NCBI GenBank assembly: GCA_010093705.1
Contig: MU006089.1
Location: 65,628-129,627, forward strand
From: Patellaria atrata CBS 101060
Taxonomy: Eukaryota
Reading direction: 5' to 3'
DNA: 64,000 nucleotides
The number at the start of each line of letters is the position of its first letter. Position 1 is the stretch's first letter. This document shows, one piece after another, positions 50,123 to 63,477 of this stretch. Below the pieces are notes generated by a model, which made no database searches, had not been told where the DNA came from, and saw nothing but the letters and a program-made list of their open reading frames with translations. The translations under genes and the position numbers were made by a program.

Positions 50123-51294
50123 ATGCCTTCTACCGTCCACAGCGTGAGGAAAGTCTTCAAAATAGCCTGCATCCCTGGTGACGGTATCGGAGTTGACATC
50201 GCGGAAGCAGCTGTGCAGGTCCTCCGAAAGCTCTCTGAGAGAGTGGGAAGCTTCGAGTTTGACTTCACTACTTTTGATTGGAGTAGCAGAAAGTACAAAG
50301 AACTCGGATATTATATCCATCCAGATGGCCCAGAGACGGGTATGGAAGAGCTGAAAAAGTTCGATAGTATTTATTTCGGTGCAGTAGGTTGGCCTGGTGA
50401 GTCTTCATATCCTTAACCACTATTATAGCCTTGTACTGGAGGTAAATAATGCTAGACGTCCCCGATCACATATCGCTCTGGTCCCTCATCCTCCCCATCC
50501 GCAGCTCCCTTTCTCAATACGTCAATGTCCGCCCAACACGTATTCTTCGTGGAACCTCATCCCCCCTCTCGAACTGTAAACCAGGAGACCTCGACTGGAT
50601 CATTGTCCGTGAGAACAGTGAGGGGGAATACGCAGGCCATGGTGGTATTACCCATGCCCACTCCTCAAACACAGTCGCGACTGAAGTCAGCGTCTTCACC
50701 CGTGTCGGTATCGAGCGTATAATGCGATTTGCGTTCAAGACAGCCCAATCGAGGCCGAGGAAGAAGCTGACTATGGTGACAAAGAGCAATGCGCAACGCT
50801 ACGGAATGGTCTTATGGGATAAAATATATGATGAAGTGAAGGGGGATTTTGCTGACGTGGAGACAGACAAGATGCTCGTCGATGCTATGACTGTTCGCAT
50901 GGTCTTGAGGCCGGAATCGCTAGATACTATTGTTGCAACCAATCTGCATGCAGACATCCTGTCCGATCTCGCGGCAGCTTTATCAGGAAGTATAGGCATC
51001 GCTCCATCTAGCAATCTCGATCCCACGAGAAACAATCCGAGTATGTTCGAACCAATCCATGGATCTGCGCCCGATATCGCCGGGAAAGGGATTGCGAATC
51101 CTGTGGGCGCATTCTGGAGTGCAGCGGAAATGGTGAGATGGCTTGGGATGGAAAATGCTGCTGATAGTTTGATGACATGCCTTGAAAATGTAACGGATTC
51201 AGGTATCAAAACCAAGGACCTGGGCGGCTCTAGTTCGACCAAAGAGGTTACTGAAGCTTTGTGCACAGAAATAGAGAGGATGATGGGACAGTAG
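50123..51294 (+). CDS. Tartrate dehydrogenase / D-malate dehydrogenase-like (isocitrate/isopropylmalate DH family); exons 50123-50396, 50456-51294
   Basis: IACIPGDGIG, FGAVGWPDVPDHISLW, YVNVRP, RENSEGEY, TKSNA, NLHADILSDL, MFEPIHGSAPDIAGKGIANP. Confidence 0.9.
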
Positions 51295-51557
51295 TTACAT
51301 CTTCCCTTACCATGACACTCCCAGTGAGAGTACTGTACTGTGCGCTTGCTCTTCAAAAGGCCCCAAACTCCCCCGTGCAGACAAAACAGTCTGTATAAGG
51401 TACTATAAGCTTTAGAATGTATCTGTTGTACCCTATCTCAAGACAGCTGTTGAGATCTTGTTTTGAGTGTCCACCGAGTGAAGTATAGCAAGGGGTACGG
51501 CAAGCGTACAGCAATCGAGGAATGCCATGCCACGATGAGGAAGCAGGCACCTGCCCA

Positions 51558-52239
51558 TCACCGAGTGAACTGATTCCGCTCATCGAAGTACTCCGCCGGC
51601 ATTTCCGAAACACCCGGTATGACTTTAGTTTTGGACATGACTCCTGTCTTGATGGAACCAATACGATATGTAGGCCACACAATGTATTTTGCTCGTCCAG
51701 TTACCAATCCTAACGAGATCTGTTATAACTAAATGAGCCTCTATGACCTGAATATTTATCCCTATACTCACCGGACCATAATCACAGCTATCAACACTAT
51801 TCTCCGTATTATCACCCTCAACCCACACATGTCCAGCTGGTACGCTCACCCGATCACCTCTCTTGAAATAATTAACCGCACCTTCTCCCTCTATACCACC
51901 TAGAACCCCATTCCCACCTCTCCGTTTCCCATCTCTACCCACTATAACCGTGTCTCCAGCTTTTGCAATTATCCGCTTGACGCTCATCTTCTCCGGTTCG
52001 TGCGGCGTCCAGAAGCTAACAATTTCACCCTTACGCGCAGAATAACCGGGAAATAACCGTGTGAAGAAAACCAAATCATATGAGCCTGTCGTATGGTGGT
52101 GGGGAGAGAGAGTAGGGGCCATGGATGCTCCGGTTATTGGGGACGTGATGAAGATGTTTTTGTTAGTGTAAAGGAGGATTGATACACCAAGGGCGATATT
52201 GTAGATGTATTTGGGAGTCCTGGAGACATGACTCCACAT
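51558..52239 (-). CDS. IMP2: Mitochondrial inner membrane peptidase subunit (S26), Imp2-like; exons 52239-51772, 51719-51558
   Basis: Catalytic Ser in GASMAPTL, Lys in [38 protein letters not shown]. Confidence 0.85.
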
Positions 52240-52548
52240 CCTGACTATCGGTGCGGCGGGGAGAGAATTTGATTCTGGGGCAAAAGAAAGAGTTCAAGAA
52301 GTTCTCTTGGTTATGAAGTTACTGTTCTTTGTTAGGAAGCTTGGACCACATACTACAGTAAGAGTACCTTAGTAGCACATGACAATAATGTATGACGGGA
52401 TGTACTGGAGGAATTTGAAATAGATTTTCTAGAGATATCATCAAACATAGGGAAGTGTAAATATAGGTCCCCCAAAGTCGTAAAGTCATGACTAGAATAC
52501 GAGATCCTCCGTTCGTCAGCTAACCTAATGCTACCTATTGAACTTCAC

Positions 52549-54674
52549 TTATGATTTGCCTTTACCGGCATCCTCCTTTAAGCTAACTATCTGATTGAGC
52601 ACCATACCATTACTTGTATCCAGGTCAACGCAGAAATAGCCCGTGCGAATTGCTTGAAAGCGTAGGAGGTTATCGGATCCACCCTTGATTTGCTCTTCAC
52701 GATCAGCACTGAGCTTCTCGAACACCTGTTCGATTCTTGCATTTGGAAGCACAATCTCGCTATCAGGATTGATATCGCTTGCCCATCCGCCTTCTTTCCA
52801 GTCCAGAGCGTTGGGTTCTTCGGATTTGAACAACGAGTTGTAAAGTCGCACAGTGACGGTTGGAGCGGTAGCCGCAACCCAATGAATGTATGCTTTTGGC
52901 TTCTGTCCTTCCGCCTTCGTAGCCTTGATCTCAATCACTCGGCCTGTACTATTCCTTTCGAAGGAGGTGACCTTTACAGGAAATTTTGTGTTCTGAAGAC
53001 CAACAACTTTTCCTGGTGCCATGCGGAAGAAATCGTCGCTGTCCTCATCTCGCCAATCACTTCTGTCGATATAAACGGTTCTTATTAAAGGCATTGACCT
53101 ACTATCCCCATCTGGCTTCTTCGGGTCGAAAGGAACCATAAGATCCTCAGTATAGTCTTCCGGTAGATCTTCGATGACAACTTTGATCGGGTCGAGTACA
53201 AGCATGAGCCGGGGAACGGTCCGTTCAAGGTGTTTCCTGACGACGGCTTCGAATCGAGTGATTTGGATATTTGTTAGAGCGTCTGTGACGCCCAACTCCT
53301 CCACGAATGTAATTAGTGCTTGAGCGGGGATACCACGTCTCCGGAGAGCGACAAGCGTAAATAGTCGAGGATCATCCCAACCACGAACTGCAGGTGGGAT
53401 GCGGACACTCTGCGTAGTCCCATCTATCCCTTTCTTTTCCACTGTTGTGCCTTCAACTAGCATCTGAATTCTCCGTTTGGATAGAATTGTGCCAGCAACA
53501 TTCAGACGACCATATCTGGGAAAACAATTAGACCCAGAATGTGGTAACAGTTGTCTCATTTTGTCACTTACTCTCTCTGCATTGGTCCCTTCTCATCAGA
53601 TTTCGGGATTTTGAAGCCAAGCACCTCCAACTCCCAGTCATACGACGTTCGAGAGAGGAAGAATTCCGTCGTGCATAGTGAATGCGAAATCTCCTCAAAA
53701 GCATCACAGAGGCAATGTGTAAAGTCATATGTGGGGTAGATGCGCCATTTGTCCCCCGTTCGATGATGATAATTCTTCTCAACGACACGATACGCCCCTA
53801 AGTCCCACATCTGTGGATTTCCCTCATTCGGATCTGTCAAACTTTGCTTCATCCGTAAATGCGCTTCGCCTGGTTTATACTTGCCGTCTCGCATGGCGCG
53901 AAATTTGGTTAATGATTCTTCCACTGGCCGGCTTCTATGTTGACAAGCAAATCGAGTGCCCAAGTTATCCTTTCCACCTCTCTGAAGATTTACTTCATCC
54001 CCTATACACCTGTTAGAGTCCTGATGTTGCATACGTATCGGCATGCTCTAAGGAAAAAAAAACATGTTGACCTATATTCAATATAGGGGGACGCAATGAA
54101 AGGGTATATAGCAGTTTTGAAGTTTGATGAAAGGACGCAGGAGAGTAATGAAATTCAACATACGTGAGCAATGACAGACATAGGCTTTATCCTTCTTGAT
54201 CATTACCTCAGCCAACTCATATAGCCTATCAAAGTGGTCGCTACTGTGTGTCACTTGATACGGCTCAAATCCCAACCAGTTGACCATTTCTTTGATAGAA
54301 GTGAAGAAGATCTCATCCTCTTTAGCTGGATTGGTATCATCGAACCGTAGGAAACAAACACCTCCATGATGTTTTGCAAACCCAAAATTGACTGCTATTG
54401 CTTTGGCATGTCCGATATGGAGAAACCCGTTTGGTTCAGGAGGAAACCGTGTTCGGACAGTACCAGCTTTCTCATCTTTGACTCGTTTTAGCCATCCAGT
54501 CTCGAATATGCTGACAGGAGGTGCATTATTAGACGGAGTAGAGGTTGGGGCCTCCTTTGGGCGAAGTGCTAATTCTGCCTTCTTCTTGGCCTTTTCAGCC
54601 TTTTTGGCGGCTTTGGCTGCCGCATTCTTTGAAATCTTAGGGACTTCTGCTACGGCGTCTTTCACTTGTTCCAT
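52549..54674 (-). CDS. GLN4: Glutaminyl-tRNA synthetase; exons 54674-54164, 54001-53572, 53515-52549
   Basis: [68 protein letters not shown]. Confidence 0.93.
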
Positions 54675-54780
54675 TATCGACGAAATGGGGATAGGAAAAA
54701 AGAAGTATCTTGCAACTTTGTACGAATTACGGTTATCAGTACACAGAACCTGAAGCCTGTGACCCAAGCTCTTTCTAGTG

Positions 54781-54852
54781 ACCTTACCTAAGGTGGGAAT
54801 TGATATCGCTGACATAAAACACAAGTCAGTACCTTACCGTACCTTACCTTAC
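54781..54852. repeat. ACCTTACC motif cluster in the GLN4/SPF1 divergent promoter
   Basis: ACCTTACCTAAGGT (palindromic arms) at 54781; GTACCTTACC-GTACCTTACC-TTAC at 54829-54852. Confidence 0.7.
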
Positions 54853-55098
54853 GTAGTGCTAAATTTACCGCATTTTACCCGTCCCAGCAATCGGGGGTCT
54901 TCACCTTAAACCTATAACTAAAATCCTACGCCGGACGGGAAGTACTTTTGCCTCGTAACATTTTCTTCTCGAAATTCTACATCTTGCGGCATCTTTTGTG
55001 CGCAAAAGCACATATCCTTCTTTTCCTCTTTCCACTGTTCTTTTCCTCCTCCTTCCTTTTGCGCTTACCATTCCCTACCTCATGACTCTCCTCTCGTC

Positions 55099-58000
55099 AT
55101 GGCACCTCTTGTCGATAATCCGCAGATCAAGTCGTCATCACTTCACAATCCTCTCCCTGTCTCATTACACCTCTACGTTTGGCCATTTCTAGTCATATGG
55201 CCGGCCTTCTTCGCCTTTTACCTCTCTCCAGAGCGATATGACAAGCACATTGGAGGTCAAGAGTGGACTTTTGTATTCTCCGGAACCATCATAACGCTTC
55301 AGTCCTTAGCTTGGCTAAGTACAAAATGGAACGTTAATCTGAAAGCTTTGTTCACATCGACTTCAGCCAGAGACGTGCGCAATGCGAGATTGATCAAGGT
55401 CATACCAGCGGCAAACGCTGGATCTGCGGAGATTTGTAAACTACAAAGGGATAATGTTGGGGGAAAGCAGACAGTCTCGTTTCTATTCCAAAAGCGCCGC
55501 TTCCTATACGATTCCGAGAAAAATAGTTTCGCGCCTCTTTCTTATTCTTTGGATAGCGATCCCAAACCGGCTATCAAGACCTTTCAGAACTCTCGAGGCC
55601 TCACATCCCCTGCCGAAATCACCCGCCTACAACAGCACTACGGAGACAACACGTTCGATATACCGGTTCCTGGGTTCATCGAGCTATTCCAGGAACATGC
55701 CGTCGCGCCTTTCTTCGTTTTCCAAATATTTTGTGTTGGCCTTTGGATGTTGGACGAATACTGGTACTATTCACTGTTCACTTTATTCATGCTTGTCATG
55801 TTTGAGAGCACCGTGGTATGGCAGAGGCAACGGACGATGTCTGAATTTCGTGGAATGAGTATTAAGCCATACGACATTTACGTCTTCCGTAAGAATAAGT
55901 GGGAAGAGATTCCAAGTGACAAACTTTTACCGGGAGACCTGGTTTCCGTCGAGCGGACTAAAGAGGATAGCGGGGTCGCCTGTGACATGCTTTTGGTAGA
56001 AGGCTCTGCCATCGTGAATGAAGCTATGCTCTCTGGTGAAAGTACTCCTGTGCTTAAAGATTCTATACAACTTCGTCCTGGTGATGCTCCAATTGACCCG
56101 GAAGGTCTGGACAAGAACGCCTTCCTTTACGGAGGGACCAAGGTACTTCAGGTCGCCCACGGCACAGCTACTGATGACGCTCCCAACACGGTTCAACAAC
56201 TTGCCTCAGGAGTCCCTCCTCCACCGGATAAAGGCGCCATGGCGGTTGTAGTGAAAACCGGTTTCGAAACCAGTCAGGGAAGTTTGGTACGAACTATGAT
56301 CTACTCCACTGAACGTGTCTCTGCGAATAATGTGGAAGCTCTCTTGTTCATCCTATTTCTTTTGATTTTCGCTATCGCTGCCTCTTGGTACGTGTGGAAA
56401 GAGGGAGTTGCGAAGGATAGAAAACGATCTAAGTTGCTCCTTGACTGTGTCCTCATCGTTACGAGTGTTGTCCCTCCGGAATTACCCATGGAGCTCAGTC
56501 TTGCCGTTAATACCAGTCTTGCTGCTCTTAGTAAATACGCGATCTTTTGTACTGAACCGTTCCGAATCCCATTTGCTGGCCGTGTGGATGTTGCTTGTTT
56601 CGATAAAACCGGTACTTTGACGGGAGAGGATCTTGTGGTTGACGGCGTCGCTGGCCTCAAACTTGGCCAAGCTGGAGCTAAAGCCGAACCAGATGGTGCT
56701 CAAACAGAACTCATCAGTATTCCAAATACTGGCCCAGAGACTACGTTGGTCCTTGCGACTGCCCATGCCCTCGTGAAACTTGAAGAAGGAGAGATTGTGG
56801 GTGAGCCTATGGAGAAAGCGACCCTGAACTCTCTGGGATGGACACTGGGTCGCAACAATACCTTGACAAGTAAGAATACAGTGGCTGCAAAGGGTAGCTC
56901 TTACGCATCACCAGCAGAATCCGTATCAATCCGTCGAAGATTTCAATTCTCATCCGCGCTCAAGAGACAAAGTTCGGTTGCAACCGTTGTCAGGACAAAC
57001 CCACAGAGTAATAAGAAAGGCAAGAGTACATTCGTCGGTGTCAAAGGAGCCCCCGAGACTATTCGGGATATGCTTATTGACACCCCTCCGAAGTACGAAG
57101 AGACCTTCAAATACTTCAGCAGGAACGGTGCACGAGTCTTGGCCCTTGCTTATAAATACATTTCCACTGACTCTGAAATTGGCCAAAATAAGATCAATGA
57201 CCTTAAGAGAGAAGAGGTAGAGGCTGGTTTGTCATTTGCCGGGTTCTTAGTCCTACAATGTCCGCTAAAAGATGATGCTAAGGAAGCCGTTCGGATGCTC
57301 AACGAGAGCAGTCATAGAGTAGTCATGATCACGGGTGATAATCCACTGACGGCTGTACACGTTGCACGTCAAGTTGAGATCGTGGATCGTGAGTGCCTCG
57401 TCCTGGATGCTCCCGAGCATGATCAATCTGGCGAGAAGTTAGTATGGCGGAGCATTGATGACAAGATAGTCATACCAGTTGATCCTTCACAACCGATTGA
57501 TTCTGAGATTCTACGAACCAAAGATATCTGCGTGACTGGCTATGCCTTGGCGAAGTTCAAGGGACAAAATGAGTTGCGGCAACTCCTTCGTCATACATGG
57601 GTTTATGCCCGTGTCTCCCCAAAACAAAAAGAAGATATTCTATTGGGACTGAGAGAATGCGGATACACAACCCTCATGTGCGGTGATGGCACTAATGATG
57701 TAGGAGCACTGAAGCAAGCACATATCGGTGTTGCTTTACTCAACGGCACTCGGGATGATCTTGACAAGATAGCAGATCACTTCAGGTACACCAAAATGAA
57801 AGAGGTATACGAGAAGCAGGTTTCACTCATGCAAAGATTCAATCAACCAAAACCTCCTGTTCCGGTTATGATTGCACATCTCTATCCACCAGGACCTTCA
57901 AATCCTCACTATGAAAAGGCCATGAAGCGGGAAGCAGATAAAAAAGCTGCTAAATCTGGAATTGCCCCTGCTCCAATTACTGAGGAAAAGCAACCGAATG

Positions 58001-59053
58001 GGAACACTTCACCCAGCGCACCAGAAGCCTTGGTGAAGCAAGACAAACAACAGATTGCACAGCAAAAAGCTGCTAGTATGGCAGAGAAACTTAGCGCTTC
58101 TTTGTTGGAATCTGAGCTAGATGACAGCGAGCCTCCTACAATTAAGCTTGGAGATGCTTCCGTTGCTGCTCCTTTCACTAGCAAGCTCTCCAATGTAATT
58201 GCTATTCCAAACATCATACGGCAGGGGAGGTGTACATTAGTCGCTACAATTCAGATGTACAAGATTCTTGCCCTTAATTGTCTCATTAGCGCATACAGTC
58301 TAAGCGTCCTTTATCTCGATGGTATCAAATTCAGTGACGGTCAAGTTACTATTAGCGGTATGATGATGAGTGTTTGCTTCTTATCAATTTCTCGCGCAAA
58401 GGTTAGTTTTCCATCCCACTGATCCTTTTACTGTACGCTAAATAGTCCTCCAGGCTGTCGAGAAGCTTTCAAAAGAACGACCTCAGCACACCATCTTCAA
58501 TATCTATATCATTGGATCTGTTCTTGGTCAATTCGCCGTCCATATTGCGACCTTAATCTATATATCCCAATATGTCCAACGGACCGAGCCAAAGAAGGAT
58601 GATGTTGATCTAGAAGGCGAGTTTGAACCATCCCTTCTCAATAGTGCGATCTACCTTCTGCAACTCATCCAACAAATTTCTACATTTGCAATCAACTACC
58701 AAGGCCGTCCTTTCCGTGAGGCCATTAAGGAAAATAAGGGAATGTATTATGGGCTTGTCGGAGCAGCGGCTGTTGCTTTCTCCTCTGCTACAGAATTTAT
58801 TCCCGAGATTAATGAAAAGCTGAGGCTAGTACCATTCACTTCCGAATTCAAGACCACAATCACAGTTGTCATGATTTTGGACTACGGAGTGTGTTGGGTA
58901 ATTGAAAAGGTACTGAAGTATTTCTTCAGTGATTATAGACCCAAGGATATAGCAAAGCGAAGACCGGACCAACTTGCCGCGGAGAACAAACGTAAAGACG
59001 AAGAGCGTGCAAAGGAAGACTTGGAAAAGGAGAAAGCTAGAGGGGTTTCTTGA
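55099..59053 (+). CDS. SPF1: P5A-type ATPase (ER transmembrane helix dislocase) Spf1; exons 55099-58401, 58454-59053
   Basis: LSGES, PPELPMEL, CFDKTGTLT, KGAPE, MITGDN, MCGDGTNDVGALK, RQGRCTLV, NYQGRPF. Confidence 0.97.
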
Positions 59054-60348
59054 TTGGTAACATGTTCTACTATGCGTTGTGTGGTATATATGCATTCTAG
59101 ATTATAGATTACACTAATTCAACATTGTTCTGATTATCTTGTACTCCATAACTTCCTTGTACATCTGCTTTTATCCTTGTGCTCGTTCAACCGGATTCAT
59201 CCATCTTCGCGATGTGCCAAATAATTGAGAACAGGATCTACTGCACCAAGATTTACATAAAGGATTAATGCAGATCAGTCCTTGTGAGTCTCTAATTATT
59301 CTATGATGCCTGTTATATACTATAGCAGCGCTGTGGAACTTAGTAGCTATAAGTCAATGCACTCGTTGTAAACCACTGATCAATGTTTCTAGCCTGTTGA
59401 TAGAAAATGAAAAGGCCATTAAGAAAGGACTTACACGTGTTACCCATAAACAGAGGGCAGTAGGTGTTCAGTATTTCGAGGCTTATTAGGAAGCTTGCCT
59501 ATTTGCAACGGACTCAAGGAAAGTAATGAACTATAATAATGGGAAGTATAATAGTTTCTTGGACGTCTATTTGGTAGCAATTCGATAATTTTATATTGGT
59601 CTAGTATAAGCGTTGAATACAGAGGAAAATTCATCGCATGCTTTGATAAGATGATTAACTGACGAGATATCCAGCTTTTCCAAGAACCCAAGTTGTCATT
59701 CCGAAGGCAGTGAGTAAAGACCTCTATCCGAACCGGGACATATTATAATACCACTCTTTCTTGACTCCATAGTATGAAAGAGCCAAACGATTAGTTGGGT
59801 GGTACGGTACGGGTTAGATTGGTGATCGAGAAAAGTTTTAGGCAAAGTCTGCAGAGATTTAAAAGATCTAATTGTGTACCATTCTACCGTCTATTATTGA
59901 TGCCGGAATATCAATCTAATCATGGAGGAAAAATCGAAACATTTAAGCCATAGTCTAATCTTATATATTCCCATACTATCCCATACCAAATAGATCTGAT
60001 TCTAGTGTACAAACATTCTGATTCGGAGGTGTACTTAAGCGTAGACCTTTTCCGGAATCTGGAGAAATTGGACTACCAAGCGGGAGCTATTACGTAAAAC
60101 GTACAGCAAGCGAAGAGTGCCATCGATGGGAAGAGTTGTGAGCGAGTAAACATGAGAACATAGTCGTATTTACCGTGACACACTAGCAAATCTGAGAGCT
60201 AGTCGTTGATAATCCAAACAATCAATAGATATACAAGCTACATAAGAAGATATCCACACAAACCCACTCCACTGCTGCAACTATCGAAGTGAGAGCCTGG
60301 ATCAATCGGTTGATACGACGGCTCCCATTCGATATGAACATGATACTC

Positions 60349-63054
60349 TCATCCACCCACAACTCCATCTACCTTCCTCAAGAATTCTCTTACACGCCCC
60401 ACATCTACTGAGTCACCGCTCTCACTCTCAACAGCAGCTACAAGCGCCGCTAGATTCTCTTCAACTTTACTTTCCTCAACTCCGGTGCAAAGGCTGATCA
60501 CTTTGCGATACTGTTGCTCCAGTAAACCATTGCGGGCCTTCAAGGCCGTAGATCTGGATTTAAGGGCATCGTTGTTCCTCGTGTATGCATCTAAATGGGC
60601 TCGAAGGACCTGCGGAGATGGGAGGGTTGAGAGGACGGAGCGTTGAGCGGGAGATAATGGCTGGCTCACAACATTATGGTTATAAATATGCGGGCCTGAT
60701 GGGGAAAGAGGATTTGGGGTTGTCGGACCTAGCAGGGACGCGGGAATTTCAAGACTCTTGTCAGCTTCGCCAACGGTTATGGTGGTCAAGTTCGTAAGCA
60801 TCTGGGGATCACTGACGATGCCAGCACCAAGTAATCTCTGTTTCTGGTCGTCGATTGAACGACGCAGGTTCGCTATGCGTTGCTGGCGTTCAGTCCGTAC
60901 TCTGATGCGCGTCTGCAAGTTGGTGAGTTTCTGTGATTCTGTTTTTTGGAGCGCGGAGAGGTCGCGGATGGCTGTGTTTGTGCGATCGATCTGGTCTTGC
61001 TTCAGTCGGACTTCAGCTGAAAATTGAGACTCTGTTTGGGAAAGGAAGGAATTAAGCGCTGGATTATGTTAGCTCTAGTTTACATTTAAAGTAAACCTTC
61101 TGGGGTCTCACTAGGCATTAACTCCCGACTAGTCTCCTCAACTTTACTTAATGGTGCTTTTGTTTTGTTGGGAGAACCCATCTGAGACAATGACTGGTTG
61201 TTGGATCTGTCTGGGTCTCCACCAACACCAAAATCGATAGCCCTCAAGCCTTTATAGTTGGGTATAGCGGGATCGGCTTGAACTTCCAGTAATTGCTGGA
61301 TAATACTACGATTGCCGATACGGGCTACAAGATTCAAAGCAGTGTTTCCAGCCTTGTCACGTGCGTTGACCATTTCGCTCATGAACCTCATCAATCCAAT
61401 CGGGCGGTTGGTATGTTGTGAGCTAGGACCGCCGTCGAAAGAATTTGCTTGACTACTCGAACCACTATTGCTTCGGACAAGAAACTCTAACAAAGCTTCT
61501 AAATAGTATTTGCTCGATTGAGCGCGGCCTTTGATCCCGCATGCAACAGCTATGTGGTGTAAGATAGTTCGTCCTTGGGCATCCCGGTACTCTATGAGAG
61601 GAGCAAGGATCTCTAAGAGTTCCGGGAAACAGCTGTGATCCAAACAGTTGTTGACGCCTACAGCTGACATTAAAGGAGTCTGGCCGGCAGCATTCCCTCG
61701 GAAGATACTGGCGCCTTTCGAAATAAGGAGCCGCATGAGTGAAACTCGACCTAGGGTTGCAGCCCAATGTAAAGCTGTATTTGCAGATGGATCCAAAGGC
61801 ATATCCAGATCAGAACCTGATAGATGGACAATGGCCGGATGCGTTGAATAATCCGTATGTGGTACATCTGAAAATAAGTCGGTCAACAGGGCATGTTTCT
61901 CTTCAGCAACCTTGGTTTCTGGAGGAGGTAAGGGTGGAAGAGCAACAGGTACATCTCCCTCAACAGTGGACATATGTTGGCCTTGACCGTACATAAACGA
62001 ATCAGCTGGTTCAGTAGGTGTCCCATCCCTCATTGCTGTATCTTGGGAACCGTCGATCTGTGAAAATGACTGCTCTTGTCGTAGTTTCTTTCTGGGTGGT
62101 TCTTGGATATCTGCGTGATCAACACTGTTTAGTGTGCCATATGCGGAATCGCCTAATCCACCGAAACTCCGCTCGGACTGTAAGCTGTGCATACTCTGCT
62201 GGCTACCGCGAAAGGAGTCCTGACTTCCCATGGCTGGCTGAGAAGGTCGAGCTCCCGCTTGACCAGGTCGACGTTGCGCGCTTCCGGGTCTAGGTGCAGG
62301 AGAGTTCATTCTGGCGACCTTATTCATGGCTGCAATCGCGCTGGAAGCCGTCGTAGAGATATTCGAGAAAAATGTCCCATTGGAGGTTTGGTTATTTGCG
62401 CGTGGATCCATGGATGAGGTATAGAATCTTTTTCTGTTGGCTGCCATTGCTTGCTCTTTTGTCGGTGTATCTAATCCCTGGCCGGGTCCACCAGAGCCAT
62501 CAGAGCTAACATCGTAATCTAGAAGTGGTCGAAGTACATCCTCAACTCCATATTGCCTACAGAATTCCCGGCCTCGTCGGTAATTGATCCATGTCCCCTG
62601 ATACTTTCCATATCCTCCCTGAACTTTCTCATGTTCACCTATCAATATCTCTTTTTCTAAGACTTTCGTACGCTTGCCCTTATCCACACCGGCTACCTTG
62701 AGGATCTGCGTAGCATTTAACCAGGAATCGGATCGCCTTCGCATGACAGCAACGCCATTGACCTCCATTTCATAGACAGATACGCCAGAATATACAGCCT
62801 GCATACCAGATAGGGTTAAAGACCATGTATCTAAGGCGTACGGAGACCAGGGAGTAACTTACAGTGTAGATTTGCGGTGCGTGGGCCATTTGATGTTGGC
62901 CATTTGCTTCAGGAAAGCTTCGAAACATAGTTGACTGTACCATCATGCCCGGTTGTGAAGTGTTGTACATGTTCTGCTGAGAAGATGGTGCAGGCGCACT
63001 GAAAGAAGCGGATCGGCCGTCGAAGGAGTTTAATGGTGGTGTTGCAACCTGCAT
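60349..63054 (-). CDS. SWI6: APSES/KilA-N plus ankyrin cell-cycle transcription factor, Swi6/Cdc10-type; exons 63054-62863, 62798-61112, 61058-60349
   Basis: VAVMRRRSDSWLNATQILKVAG, HEKVQGGYGKYQGTWI, ankyrin NTALHWAA, GRTILHH, GNTALN; C-terminal YRKVISLCTG..VREFL. Swi6 versus Res/Mbp1 orthology is less certain than the family call. Confidence 0.85.
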
Positions 63055-63388
63055 TCTTTATGTTCGAGCGAAGACCTATTGAAGCGTAAATATGGTTTCG
63101 GGGGGGAAATAGAGCGCGGCAGAGTGTTTTATAGCAAATGATGATATGGGCGCATTGGGCTTTATTGTGGGTGGGAGAATGTAGGCGGTAGGGGGGGTAA
63201 GGGGACGGCCGAGTGGGTGATGAACTGCCAGCGACCTGACGGAGGTTTGGTCTTGTGGTCAATGTGATCGCGATAACGATCCGGCTCTCAAGCTGAGCGT
63301 AGAGAGTGACGGAAGTTTGAGGCTTTGTCACGAGCGTTGGTGACAATAATGTATTACCTACAGTGCGGAGGTTACCCTCGTACCGTGG

Positions 63389-63394
63389 ACGCGT
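63389..63394. promoter_or_regulatory. MCB-type element ACGCGT in the SWI6 divergent promoter
   Basis: Exact ACGCGT about 335 bp upstream of the SWI6 ATG. Confidence 0.3.
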
Positions 63395-63477
63395 TCTCTT
63401 AGGGCCATATTCGGCTAGCTCAATTTTACGGGTAGGTTACTATACTGTATCTTAGTCATCTGGAATTTTGACGGGAG

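Noticed and set aside
52549..54674. GlnRS lacking the long yeast-type N-terminal domain
   Set aside because: To my knowledge short forms occur widely in filamentous ascomycetes; not evidence of novelty
59053..60349. 1.3-kb spacer between the convergent SPF1 and SWI6 genes as a possible gene relic or ncRNA
   Set aside because: No supportable ORF, splice pattern or RNA motif found by eye
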